A stretch of 62,976 nt of DNA, counting the filler, from Octopus bimaculoides (Eukaryota), in NCBI RefSeq assembly GCF_001194135.2. It is 5 parts of 4 records of this genome, joined end to end, with 100 filler letters (N's around TTAATTAATTAA, not from the genome) between each part and the next. Parts side by side here need not be neighbours in the genome. Positions count along the whole stretch, not along the records: positions 23,777 to 45,815 come from NC_068984.1; positions 45,916 to 62,976 come from NC_068982.1; 3 more parts are not named here. One strand, written 5' to 3'. The position numbers and the translations under genes are program-made. Every line of letters begins with the position of its first letter. Positions within the stretch are counted from its first letter, which is position 1. The notes beneath the pieces were generated by a model. That model had not been told where the DNA came from. It searched no databases and saw only the letters and a program-made list of their open reading frames with translations. Of the stretch, positions 38,501 through 48,655 are shown piece after piece.

Positions 38501-40341
38501 ATAAATAAACAAACATTATATTTGACAGAGTAATCTGAATATTAAAGGGTTAACCCTTTCATTACTAACCCGGCTGAAACCGGCTCTGGCTCTGAGTACA
38601 AATGTCTTGTTTTCATAAGTTTTGAATTAAAATCTTCCACCAAATCTTAGTCACAATTTATGCTCCTAACACTAGCTGAATGATAACTAAGTTATTGTAC
38701 TAAATTCTTTGTTATATTTAAAATTAATTGAAAGAAACAGAGAGCATCTCAAAATAAATACAGTAATGAAAGGGTTAAATCATAATGATTCTTATAAGTT
38801 GATTTAAAAGAAAATTAAGCTTATTGTTGTCATGCTGATAGAATCATTAAAGCATCAGGTAAAATGTTAAACAGTTGTAGTGAGATCTTGAATCAAACCT
38901 ATAATTCTCGGTTGCTAGGTCAGTGCCACACATAGACCACATTTTTGTTATGCAATCTGTCCTGATTATCAACCAACCGGCTTACAGCGTTATCATGCCA
39001 TATTACAAACATCACCTGCAGTGTTGTTGAATTTCTTGTGCTTTTCTTAGTATTTAAAGCAAATTCATGTCAAGAACAACCACAGAAGTTTGAGAGCCAC
39101 CCCAGAACACATACCTTCATCTCTCACTGAGTAATACTGAGTTTATCTTTGGTGAGTCCAGCTAGAAATGAAAGGAATTCTTCTTCATACTTGCAGACCA
39201 ACTCCTACCTGCTTCTCAAACCTTACTAGTTATTACTATGTATAAATGTTACACTGAAGTATCATTTCTAATCTCCTACATCACTACCAGCAGTCATTAG
39301 AAGGTTATATTCAATTGTTCTCATGTTCATTAAATCTTATAATAAAAATGTACTACTATGTTCACCTCTGTTCATTGTGATACAACACAGCTAAAACATT
39401 ACTTATAAATATTCACCAGTGAATCTCTGAATATTGTAATGAACATAACCTTTATAGCACAGCACAATATTTCTTTCAGCCCTCTACTTCTAATTTCGAA
39501 TCCTCCTAAAGTACATTAAATTTTATAATAAAAATATACTTATATGTTCAAGTCTGTTCATTGTGATACAACACAGCTGAAACATTACTAATAAATATTT
39601 ACCCGTGAATCTCTGAATATGGTAATGAACATAACTTTTACAGCACAATTCAATATTTCTTTCAGCCCTCTACCTTCTAATCTCAAATCCTGCTAGAGTA
39701 CAAATCAAGTACTAAGGCCCTGAGGTCTCGACTAACCCTCTTTCCCTCAAAGTTGTTGACCTTGTACCTAAATTCGAAACCATAAGGTATCAGATTTGTC
39801 TTTTATACTTCTTGTCCAGTTGCTGCTGTTTTTCCGAGTGAAGATTCTCTTAATTGTTTTGGTATCAGCTCATCTGAAACCCTAACCCTAACCTTGGTTC
39901 TATGATACAAACTTCCAGATTGAAAGCGACTTAAGTCATAATCCTCCATCAAAATTCCATGCTAACTTGTATTACAAACACTGGCCTACTATCAACAAAG
40001 TTATTCCATAAAGATTTTTCATCATTTTCAAAATTAATTGAACATAGGCTGCATATCTCACCAGAAATATGGTATGAAAAGTGTTGATAACAATCCTTAA
40101 TTTGACTTCTCCTTTTAACTCTTATGTTTTATGCTTACAAAACATTGGAAATTTATTTTATTACTTTCATTATTTACATACTGAGAAAATAAAAACATTT
40201 TATGTTGGTGCTGAGAAAATAAAAGCATTTATGTTATTTTAGTAGATTCTTACATATTTTCATCATTATTTGTTGTTATTGTTGTTGCAGGAAAAGTTGG
40301 CTGATCAGCTTGAGATTGCTCGAATGAAACCAAAAGCCTAA
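24495..40341 (+). CDS. Ldh_2 family oxidoreductase (type-2 malate/L-lactate dehydrogenase-like, YjmC/AllD/ComC-related), 10 exons, 5'-partial
   Basis: Ten AG..GT-bounded exons (81+62+54+99+66+70+119+96+111+51 nt) join with matching phases into one frame ending in TAA at 40339-40341. The protein carries family-typical motifs GSNHFGIAG, FTNTSP, LGTNPI, VLDMAT, LLPLGG, GGYKGYGLA and VLVAGDPER. Confidence 0.95.
25194..25255 (+). CDS. Ldh_2 gene exon: (G)SNHFGIAGWYSMRASNQGLL
   Basis: ttctaag acceptor and gtaag donor; completes the phase-1 Gly codon of the previous exon. Confidence 0.95.
25600..25975 (-). mobile_element. R4/Dong-like RLE domain relic
   Basis: YWWNTPIKTSIQCKHNRPDIVLWDRE*KSCTVVEVSCPAD..PIIIGALG. 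Confidence 0.8.
26355..26625 (-). mobile_element. Second relic of the same RLE LINE subfamily
   Basis: KYW*NIPIKTSVKYKHN.. and IWDRHEKVCTIIEVSCPADVNI, recovered across frameshifts. Confidence 0.75.
27051..27433 (-). mobile_element. tRNA-derived SINE family S1
   Basis: A-box TGACCCAGTGG, B-box GTTTCGATTCC; body matches 30237, 40804 and 46018. Confidence 0.9.
27739..27792 (+). CDS. Ldh_2 gene exon: GMAFTNTSPLLVPTRAKK
   Basis: Long polypyrimidine tract plus ttatag acceptor, gtaggt donor; phase 0/0. Confidence 0.95.
28600..28698 (+). CDS. Ldh_2 gene exon: PALGTNPISVAAPAQKDDSFVLDMATTTVALGK
   Basis: ttttcag acceptor, gtgagt donor; GTNP and DMAT motifs. Confidence 0.96.
29532..29785 (+). mobile_element. 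tRNA-derived SINE family S3 (possibly MetaSINE-like)
   Basis: A and B boxes, then gtgttcttgagcaaaacacttcatttcac..ctgcgatgaactggtgtcccgtccag. Related decayed copy at 6230-6390; head shared with 34171-34500. Confidence 0.8.
30042..30107 (+). CDS. Ldh_2 gene exon: VEINQRKDLSIPEGWGVDSNGK
   Basis: ctttatag acceptor, gtaagc donor; IPxGWxxD motif. Confidence 0.94.
30237..30587 (+). mobile_element. tRNA-derived SINE family S1
   Basis: tggcccagtggttagggcagcagactc..ggtttcgattccc head; shared body with a short 3' deletion. Confidence 0.9.
30690..30900 (-). mobile_element. Possible HERO/NeSL-like RLE LINE C-terminal relic
   Basis: Fragments (A)IEVGRS.. and ..HEKSFNWIW*RR resemble EVGxRG..AExxSxWLW. 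Confidence 0.45.
31488..31557 (+). CDS. Ldh_2 gene exon: VTKNPADVFNNGGLLPLGGVEES(G)
   Basis: gactag acceptor, gtatgc donor; LLPLGG motif; phase 0/1. Confidence 0.94.
32457..32575 (+). CDS. Ldh_2 gene exon: GYKGYGLALMTEIFCGVLAGANSGPNIRSWKNTTSPANL
   Basis: attcag acceptor, gtatgt donor; YKGYGL motif; phase 1/0. Confidence 0.96.
32695..33455 (-). mobile_element. Non-autonomous retroposon with a (GAT)n tail and internal ~65-bp tandem repeats
   Basis: (ATC)n at 32695-32716. About 5 degenerate units (gtgccac..gccag..ctggcaa..gctc) in 32872-33200. Confidence 0.7.
33737..33832 (+). CDS. Ldh_2 gene exon: GHCFIALDPSVFAPGFKGRMSDLLGHLRNMDP
   Basis: ttatag acceptor, gtaaga donor; phase 0/0. Confidence 0.94.
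35562..36108. mobile_element. Foldback/MITE with ~80-bp terminal inverted repeats and internal direct repeats
   Basis: gtaatcttccagtttcgagggg..aagggaaataactgaacg..gtattatccgtactacttt occurs inverted at both ends. ctaaaacagcatgcga(c/t)ggaatttt occurs 3 times inside. Confidence 0.85.
36557..36667 (+). CDS. Ldh_2 gene exon: SEESKPVLVAGDPERQHEEKCDKLGGIPYHPNQITFA
   Basis: ttctag acceptor, gtaagt donor; VxVAGDPE motif. Confidence 0.94.
37616..38012 (+). mobile_element. SINE family S2 (ggctgtgtggtaa..ggcaccttgggcaagtgt..; internal microsatellite)
   Basis: Partial copies at 6958-7590 (+), 23813-23972 (-), 24155-24300 (-), 24915-25085 (-), 27918-28075 (+), 44600-44740 (-) and 57480-57625 (-). Confidence 0.85.
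38334..38549. mobile_element. piggyBac-type MITE (TTAA-flanked)
   Basis: TTAA|ctctttagcattca ... tgaatattaaaggg|TTAA. Confidence 0.75.
38554..38774. mobile_element. Second piggyBac-type MITE sharing the TTAA at 38550-38553
   Basis: TTAA|ccctttcattact ... agtaatgaaaggg|TTAA, perfect 13-bp TIR. Confidence 0.88.
39328..39700. repeat. Two-unit ~186-bp tandem duplication
   Basis: Units 39328-39513 and 39514-39700 align throughout with scattered substitutions. Confidence 0.9.
40291..40341 (+). CDS. Ldh_2 gene terminal exon: EKLADQLEIARMKPKA*
   Basis: gttgttgcag acceptor, in-frame TAA, and AATAAA about 90 nt downstream. Confidence 0.85.
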   Translation, partial: EKLADQLEIARMKPKA

Positions 40342-40432
40342 TCCAAGAAGAAGGAAAAAAAAAATCTTCTCTCTATTTCTACAAACATCGAATTAAATTG
40401 ACCAGAATTAATCATTTGATAAATATTTTTTT

Positions 40433-40438
40433 AATAAA
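40433..40438 (+). promoter_or_regulatory. Probable polyadenylation signal of the Ldh_2 gene
   Basis: AATAAA followed by T-rich sequence downstream of the stop codon. Confidence 0.5.
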
Positions 40439-40803
40439 TTCTTTTGATAAGTGAATTATATTCATTTCTGTTTTATATCTGCTTATAAACATTCTGTGTA
40501 GATGTGCAGTTTAGAAGTTCACCTCCCAACCGTATGGTTTTGGTTCAATTCCACTGTAAGTCACCCTAGGCAAATGTCTTCTACCTTGGCAGAAAATTAG
40601 GACCTATGAGAGAGAGAGGTACAAAGGAGACATTGTACCTAGGTTAGAGAATTTCCTGTTATCTTAGAAAATGCCAGCCTATTTTGTAAACTAGTATTCA
40701 CATTTTGAAGGAAGCCTGAAAGAAACTGTACTAATTAATAGAATTTTTCTTTGATGATCAATGTCTTGTGCATGAAATTTGGTAGATACATACATTTGTG
40801 TGT

Positions 40804-41182
40804 GTTGGCACTCCGTCGCTTACAACGTCGAGGGTTCCAGTTGATCCGATCAGTGGAACAGCCTGCTCGTGAAATTAACGTGCAAGTGGCTGAGAACTCC
40901 ACAGACATGTGTACCCTTAACGTAGTTCTCAGGGATATTCTGTGTGACACTGTGACAAGGCTGACCCTTTGAATTACAGGCACAACAGAAACAGGAAGTA
41001 AGAGTGAGAGAAAGTTGTGGTGAAAGAGTACAGCAGGGTTCGCCACCATCCCCTGCCGGAGCCTCATGGAGTTTTAGGTGTTTTCGCTCAATAAACACTT
41101 ACAACACCCGGTCTGGGAATCGAAACCGCGATCCTGTGACCACGAGTCTGCTGCCCTAACCACTGGGCCATTGTGCCTCCAC
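40804..41182 (-). mobile_element. tRNA-derived SINE family S1
   Basis: Aligns end to end with 27051-27433. Confidence 0.9.
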
Positions 41183-41399
41183 ACATACATACATACATAC
41201 ATACATACACAAGCATCAAATCACTTCAAGGGTAAAGAAGATGCTTTAGAGAAAGGCATGAAGTTACCAGAAAAAAAGTATAGCTATGGATATAACTATT
41301 GTATAATTGATTAGGATGAGAAGTAGCACTATTAATACCATTATTCTACATTATACTTCTGAAGGAGACTTATCTACATAAGACTAAATCCCTCTACCT

Positions 41400-42660
41400 A
41401 GCATATGTCAAGCTGGAGAAAACCTTTGATACTTTCCACATTCTATAACCAGATGGCTCCAAATGAAATCAAGGGTAGCTGGAGGGTTTATGAGGGTTAT
41501 ATCAGCTATGTATGTAGGTATAGTTCTAAAGTGAGTCAGCTGTAAGTTCAGGGGACATTAGGGTTCAGTTCTCAACCCCACTCTGTTTATTGTTCTTAGG
41601 GCCATAACAGAGGTTCAAGAATGGCTATATATGGTAATTCCTTCCTGTATGCTGAAGGCATAGTATTTATAGGTAAATCTGAAATAGACTGAGAGAAAGA
41701 AATTCCTGACATAAAAGCAAATCATAGACTTGAGAAAACCTCGAAATTAGCAAAGGCTAAGGTTTTAGTAGGGAAGAAGGCCATCATGGAAGAAGGGAGA
41801 AAATTAATACAGTATAGTCACCATAAACTATGGCTGCACAAGAAGTGTAGTGAGATTATTGATATGTTAACAGAGAAGATAGATTTCACTGTTGTAGATA
41901 CATTATGAAATCTCCTTCCAGTACACAGGCAGTCAGCAGTAAGATTTCACATAAAATAGATTCTTTCAATTGTTTGGAAGGCTTCCCAGTAGTCGATTGA
42001 CCTTTGTTTCCTTAGATGGCTTAACTAGCAATGGAGGTGGGTGCTCTGAAAGAATAGTAGCCTGTGTAAGAATAGGGTGAAAAAATTTCAAGAAGTTTCT
42101 GCCTCTGCAAATAAGAAAAGGTTTCCCTCTCTCAGAGTGAAGGCAGATTGTATGCAGGTTTTATATGATCAGCCATCTCCTCTAATAATTAAGTCACGTT
42201 GATAAAAAAGAAAAAAGAAAAAAATGTCCTGTCAATAACTGGTAGGGAGTCTTTCAGGTATTTGGAAGAATTTTTGCCATTTGTGCACTTATTGCTGATC
42301 GCTCTCGTGCAGCGCTATGTGGTAACAAGACATGAGCCTTGCATGCTGAGGATGTGCAAAGATTGGAAAGAAATGAAGTGAGCATGTTCTAATGAATGTG
42401 TAATGTTAGTTAACATGAATAATAGAACACAAGTGAATTGAGAGAAAAACTGGATATAAGGGGAGTCAGATGTAGTATGTATCAGAGAAGACAGTTCTAG
42501 TATAGTTGTGATGTGTGCAGGATGGCGTTTGTGTAAAGTGCTGGGTGGGGGAAGGAGTTGAGGCTGTGGAAGACTTAGGAAGACATCTCAAGAAGCTAAA
42601 CCTCAGCAGAATGATGACAAAGGACTGAGATGCAGTGCTAGAGAACAGCAGTCAAAGTAT
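41400..42660 (+). mobile_element. Decayed RTE-clade LINE (RT through C-terminus)
   Basis: Fragments GSVLNP.LFIV (QGSVLSP-like), KLWLHKKCS, GGGCSERIVACVRIG*KNFKK, ERNEVSM and LREKLDIRGVRC. Confidence 0.75.
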
Positions 42661-43469
42661 GATGAAACAAGTCATTTAACAGAAATTACAATTTATCCAC
42701 TTATTAGAATCAAAAGTTCACATATTGTTGTATCTCCTGCTTAATGTTAGCTACAGTTTATTGTTACCAAAAAGGATTCATCTCAAAGTAATCGTAAGTG
42801 GCTACCATTTGCTTGTAACTCAGTTCATTTTTGTCATTAACATGTTTACATTTTGTTTCTGAAACCATCTCTTTCACTTTCTTTGTCCTTTTTTTCTACT
42901 TCCTTCTCTCGTTCTCCATTCTTCTATCTCCCTTTTACCATTTTTCTTTCTCCCCTTTTGCTATCTTTCCCATCCTCGCTCCACTTTCCTTCTATCTCTC
43001 TCTTCTGTTTTCTGTCTGATATTTTCTTCTGTCCTAGAATACTGTCTTTCCTTTTCTAATGATGCTCTTATCCACATGTACTCTCTCTTTTCAGACCCAT
43101 TCATACTTGAGGTCAATTCATTACTAATTGTCTCCATCACCTCTTTTCTTCAAAGGGCTTATGGACTAAAATGAACTATTTTCATATAGCAATTACCTCT
43201 TTATCCATATTCATGACTTGTCTATATTCATGACACTGGAAACTCTGAGTTGATTCTCTTTGCTCCTTATCGTCTAAATTATTCAAATTACTCTAGACCA
43301 AGTGCCTTCTTGTCTCTAAACAATCAAAACACTTAACCCAGAGAATCTTTTGGTTTTGAGATTGTCTCCCTTACTCATTTCTAGTCTCTTGCAATTTCGT
43401 CAAGGCTGTTTAATCTTCTCTTGAAGGGAAGATTTAATTTCAAGAAATCAGAAATGGAAAAAAATCCAT

Positions 43470-43730
43470 GCTAGCAATTTCGTTGCAGGAGCATATCCGA
43501 AAACGAAGTGATGTGAACGATATGAAAACACAAGTTCTGTTATATTTGACATGTCGCAAAGCTCACAGCCTAAGAACCATGCAGTTGTTGAGTAGTATCC
43601 AAGAGATAGAAGAAGACCATTCAGAAGAGCTCCAAGGCGATGGAAAGATAAGATAGCAAAAAAAATTCGGGCCGAATCGAAGAAAAAAAGTGCAATCAAG
43701 GAAAGAATGGGAGCGCATTTTGACTAGCGA
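43470..43730 (+). mobile_element. RTE-type LINE 3' relic
   Basis: E*YPRDRRRPFRRAPRRWKDKI..RKEW resembles EWxPRxxKRxxGRPxxRWxD. Confidence 0.6.
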
Positions 43731-44175
43731 TGTTTCACATCTTGTGGTCTAATTGATAGAGCGATACATGCTTAAAAGTGTTTACACACACACACACACA
43801 CACATTTTTTTTGTTACAGACTTTGGCAAAATAACGATTCAGAGATTGAAATAAATAAACAAAACGGTAGAGAAAGAGAGAGAAAAGAAATTAAAGGGGG
43901 ATAACTCTAAATTACATTAACCCAAAAGCAATTATTATAAAAAGAGAAGTAAGCGCGACACACTTGATAAAACAAGTTGTTTTAATATATAAACGGTAGG
44001 AGGTATTCTCAGTAATAACAATAAGGCGAGCTACTGTTTGCTTGCTTGAAATGTCAAGAAAACATTGCAAGTTAATTGTGTATCCAAGAGACTCAAACCA
44101 GCTGGTAAGAAACAACAATTTGCTCACTTTACAAACTGAAGTAGTGAATAATTTTCCCGTAATTATATCAAAGAA

Positions 44176-44400
44176 AAAGGTGGCAGAATCGTTAGTACGC
44201 CGGACAAAATGCTTAGCAGCATTTCGTCCGTTGTTACATTCTGAGTTCAAATTTTGCCGACGTCGACTTTGCCTTTTTATCCTTTCAGGGTCGATTGAAT
44301 AAGTATCAGTTGAGCCCTGGGGGGGGGGGGGTAACATGACCGACGTATCCCCTCCCCCTAAATTTCTGACCTCGTGCCAAAACTCGAAATCAATTACATA
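44176..44400 (+). mobile_element. SINE-like family S5 (gcagaatcgttag..ttctgagttcaaatt..gactttgcc)
   Basis: Decayed copies at 13090-13520 (-) and 59040-59240 (+). Confidence 0.7.
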
Positions 44401-45859
44401 AAAGGAAGCTATATAGTAAATTTATATTCACTTTTTATTTATTTTGCTGTAAATAACAGAAGTGAGCTCGTACGTTAAAAATTAGTGCACTCGCACAGCA
44501 GAGTTCAGAGTTTATCTGTGTTGTGTGACTTCACTCTGTATGTTTTAGCTTCATTACTATGATAACAGTCTGGATATTTATTTATTCGACCACGTATATG
44601 ACAAGCTTCTTACAGTTTCTGCCTACCAATTATACAAACTGGGCTTTGATCAGCTCAGGGCTATGGTAGAAAATACTATGCATTGGAACTGAAACCAAAA
44701 ACCATGTATTTGGAAAGTGAAATACTTAACCTCAAAGCTATGCTTCACACACACACACACACACTATATGTATATATAAATAAATATATATAAACACACA
44801 CACACACATATACCTATATCTATCTGTCTGTCTATCTGCATCGTTAGAAGCTTTTCTCATTTCTTATTTCATTCATTTTTCTGTTTATGTATTACAATGC
44901 TTCAAGCAAACTACAATGCTCTTCTGATATGTGCGCGTGTGTGCATGTGTGTATTTATGTGTATATATATTTATATATGTATTTAAGTGTGTGTGTATGT
45001 ATATACACACACACACACACACACAAATATCTGTGTAACATTCTCGGTTTTTTTTCCGTCCTTGTTTTCGTATGCATTCACTGCTTTCTTCCAAGGAATC
45101 TAATGCTCTTAGCATAGTTTTTCCTTGGGGCTGGCCAGATGGGAGCAATCTCGAGTATAACTAGCCGAAATTGCAAAGATAATCTGGAACTCGACTGAGG
45201 AAAGAAAACTCTGAATGAATCGTCCTTGTTTTCTTTGTATTGTCTATCTGGATGTTTTGTTGTCCCTTTTTTGTATCACCTGTCTGGATGTTTTGCGTTC
45301 TTGTCCCATTTTGTATTTTTTATATATAAATAATGTATAGATAGACACACACACACACACTTTTATGTATGTATATATATTTATTGTTTTCTTGGCACTT
45401 GTTTCACTGGGGCCACATCCTTGAAGGTTTTTGTTATACTAATTGATCCTAGTATTTATATTTTTTTGAATCTGGGTACTTACTCTCTCAGTCTCTTTTG
45501 CTGATTAAGTTAAGTACCATAACGCACTGGTCATCCAAGGACAGGGCAATAGTAGAAGATACATCCCAAAGCTGCAGTTCAGTGGGATTGAATCTGTAAC
45601 CATGTGCTTACAAAGTTTTATATATATATATGTGTATGTGTGTGTATTATGTGTGTATGTATATATATATATATATATATATATTGCATCCTTATTTTTC
45701 CTACCAATTTATACATGAACTACTATTGAACTACAAAAGCTCAAAGACAATATAATGTAGGGGTATATTTATTTTTTTTATATATTATTGTTTTATATAT
45801 TATTTTCTTCATTTTNNNNNNNNNNNNNNNNNNNNNNNNNNNNNNNNNNNNNNNNNNNN

Positions 45860-45871
45860 TTAATTAATTAA
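45860..45871. other. Artificial scaffold-join linker
   Basis: Same linker architecture as at 7810. Confidence 0.95.
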
Positions 45872-45915
45872 NNNNNNNNNNNNNNNNNNNNNNNNNNNNN
45901 NNNNNNNNNNNNNNN

Positions 45916-45964
<49 letters not shown>

Positions 45965-46017
45965 CATACACGCGCGCACGCAACACACGCTTGCCTTATT
46001 TGCAATGTGTGTGTGAG

Positions 46018-46376
46018 AATGTGGAGACCAATGGCCCAGTTGTTAGTGCAGTGGACTCGCGATCGTAGGATCGTGGTTTCGATTCCCAGACTAGGCGTTG
46101 TGAGAGTTTATTGAGCGAAAACACCTAAAGTTCCACAAGGCTCCAGCAGGGGATGGTGGCGAACCCTGCTGTACTCTTTCGCTACACCTTTCTCTCCCTC
46201 TTCCTTCCTCTTTCTGTTGTATCTGTATTTCAAAGTGCGAGCCTTGTCAGACTCTGTGTTACGCTGAATCTTCCCGACAACTACGTTAAGAGTACACATG
46301 TCTATGGAGTGCTCAGCGAGCAGGCTGTTCCGTTGATCGGATCAACTGGAACCCTCGATGTCGTAACCGACGGTGT
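46018..46376 (+). mobile_element. tRNA-derived SINE family S1
   Basis: Same head and body as 30237, with an internal deletion. Confidence 0.88.
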
Positions 46377-46490
46377 GTGTTAGTGTGAGGTGTGTGTGTA
46401 CATATATATATATGTGTATGTATATGCATGTATACATATATATATGTGCGTGTATATATATAGAAAGAGAGGGGTAAGAGAGAGTGTGTG

Positions 46491-46532
<42 letters not shown>

Positions 46533-47824
46533 TTAGATGCTATAGATATAACTAGGTGTATACATATTTTATAATTTTACGTTTACTGATCGCAGCTAGA
46601 TATGGCCACGCTTGAACGCTGACATTAGTGTGATTGCTAGTTTATTTCTAACTTACTTCCTGGCCGTTTCATCAGATTTGACTGACGAAATAATGATTGG
46701 GCAATTTTATCTTTAACGGAGTTTCTAGCCGTGTTGTGTGTAATTCTTTTATGACAGATGGGAAAAAATGTCTAAATATCCTTTTAAAAAAATCTACGCA
46801 GTATAGGTCACACAAGTTTATATTGGCAAGCTATGGTAAATTTCTGGAGCGTTGAAACTTAAGCTGTTAGTGAATTGGTTCCTTATTCTAAATAGAGAGG
46901 ATGGGAATTTAAGCGTTAAGCAGTGTCGACAAATTTGTGCTTTGATTTAGATTTTAATTCCTAAGGTAGGAGTTAGACTCTCCCTAATATTCCCTACATA
47001 CATCACTACATATCTGACCAGCGATGATCCATGTTTAGTTGTCTTTTTCTTTTAATCTTTTCATCGACCACATTTTTAGCGTACACAGCATCCTAATAGC
47101 GTCATTCATCTATAGATATCACGCTGTACCATTCTGTTTTCTTTCCCTCACTAACTCTTTCTCTCTCTCTCACATTCGCATCCTCTCTTGTTCTAATAGC
47201 CACTTAGTATTTTTCCCTGATCTCTTCTTCTCTTTTTTTCTATGCTTTCTCTTACTCTATTTCTTTCTCACTCTTTCCATTTCTCGCATCTTTTACCTGG
47301 CCTCTGTCGCATTCTCCTGTATTTTATGTAACTCTAACTTATTTCCCAAATCTCTTGTCATGTATGTTGCTGTTGTTGCTTCTACCAAAATTCATTCCCC
47401 TCACTCGATTATTTTGTGCTTTTCTCGGGATTGTCGAAATACAACAATATTGTGCATTTTGTGTATGTGTTTGTTTGCGTGCGTATGTGTGTATGTGTGT
47501 TTGTATGTATGTGCGTATATATTTTTACTAACTTCTATTACGTATGTATTGTCTTAGTTTTCGTTTCACTTGTTTGTTGTTGCTTAATTTCTTAGTGATT
47601 TCTTTCTGTCATCTATCAATTAAGAAATAAGAATAATCATTATTATCATTGACACAACCAGGGACGAAGAGCCATGAAATTTAAAGTTTCGGATATCGAA
47701 AGTGTTGAAACTAGGCTGATTCTGGTGTCCATAGCTGAAGAAAGGTGAGTGGCATTTTCATTATTTGTTTCCATTTCTCTTTTTGACTTTTGCTATAGCT
47801 GAATATAGACATTCATATAAAAAT

Positions 47825-47877
<53 letters not shown>

Positions 47878-48138
47878 CACACACATACACACACACATAC
47901 ATATATACATATATATAAATATATACATTTTAGGATGTAATAATGAAGTAAAAAAATGAATATTTTATATATATATATATATATACATTTTAAATATATA
48001 TAAATGTATATATGTATGTGTGTATATNNNNNNNNNNNNNNNNNNNNNNNNNNNNNNNNNNNNNNNNNNNNNNNNNNNNNNNNNNNNNNNNNNNNNNNNN
48101 NNNNNNNNNNNNNNNNNNNNNNNNNNNNNNNNNNNNNN

Positions 48139-48183
<45 letters not shown>

Positions 48184-48615
48184 GGAATTTACAAAAAAAA
48201 AGATGATGACGGGTGTGTAAATAACAAACAGAGGTATTAATTTAAGGCTTGGGAAGTGAGAAAGTCTTTTACGTTTCGAGCCTACTCTCTTCAACACAGA
48301 AATAAACAGAAAAAGAAAATAGAAAAAGCTTTAGCGGCTAGGCATTTACAAAACTAGGTATACAGTTATGAAGGAAGAATACACGTACACCACTCGTTTA
48401 TTTTTATTAAAAAAGTTACCCTCATTTATGATATTTGCAATGTCATCAATCATAATTATACATTTATCATAACCACAATAATGTTTTCATCGTATCTTTT
48501 CATTGAATACTTTTGATAAAAATAAATTAGTATGGTACGTGGTTTCATATTTTCTTTCATAACTGTATACCTATTTCCCCCCACCATCCTGTATATGCTT
48601 GTATATATGCGCACC

Positions 48616-48655
48616 GGCCATGACGAAGGGAAATAGCCCTGAAACTCGAGTCGCC
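48616..48655 (+). ncRNA. Minimal type-I hammerhead motif with a 1-nt insertion in the core
   Basis: GGC C(A)TGACGA AGGG aaatag CCCT GAAA CTCGAG TC GCC. Confidence 0.65.
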
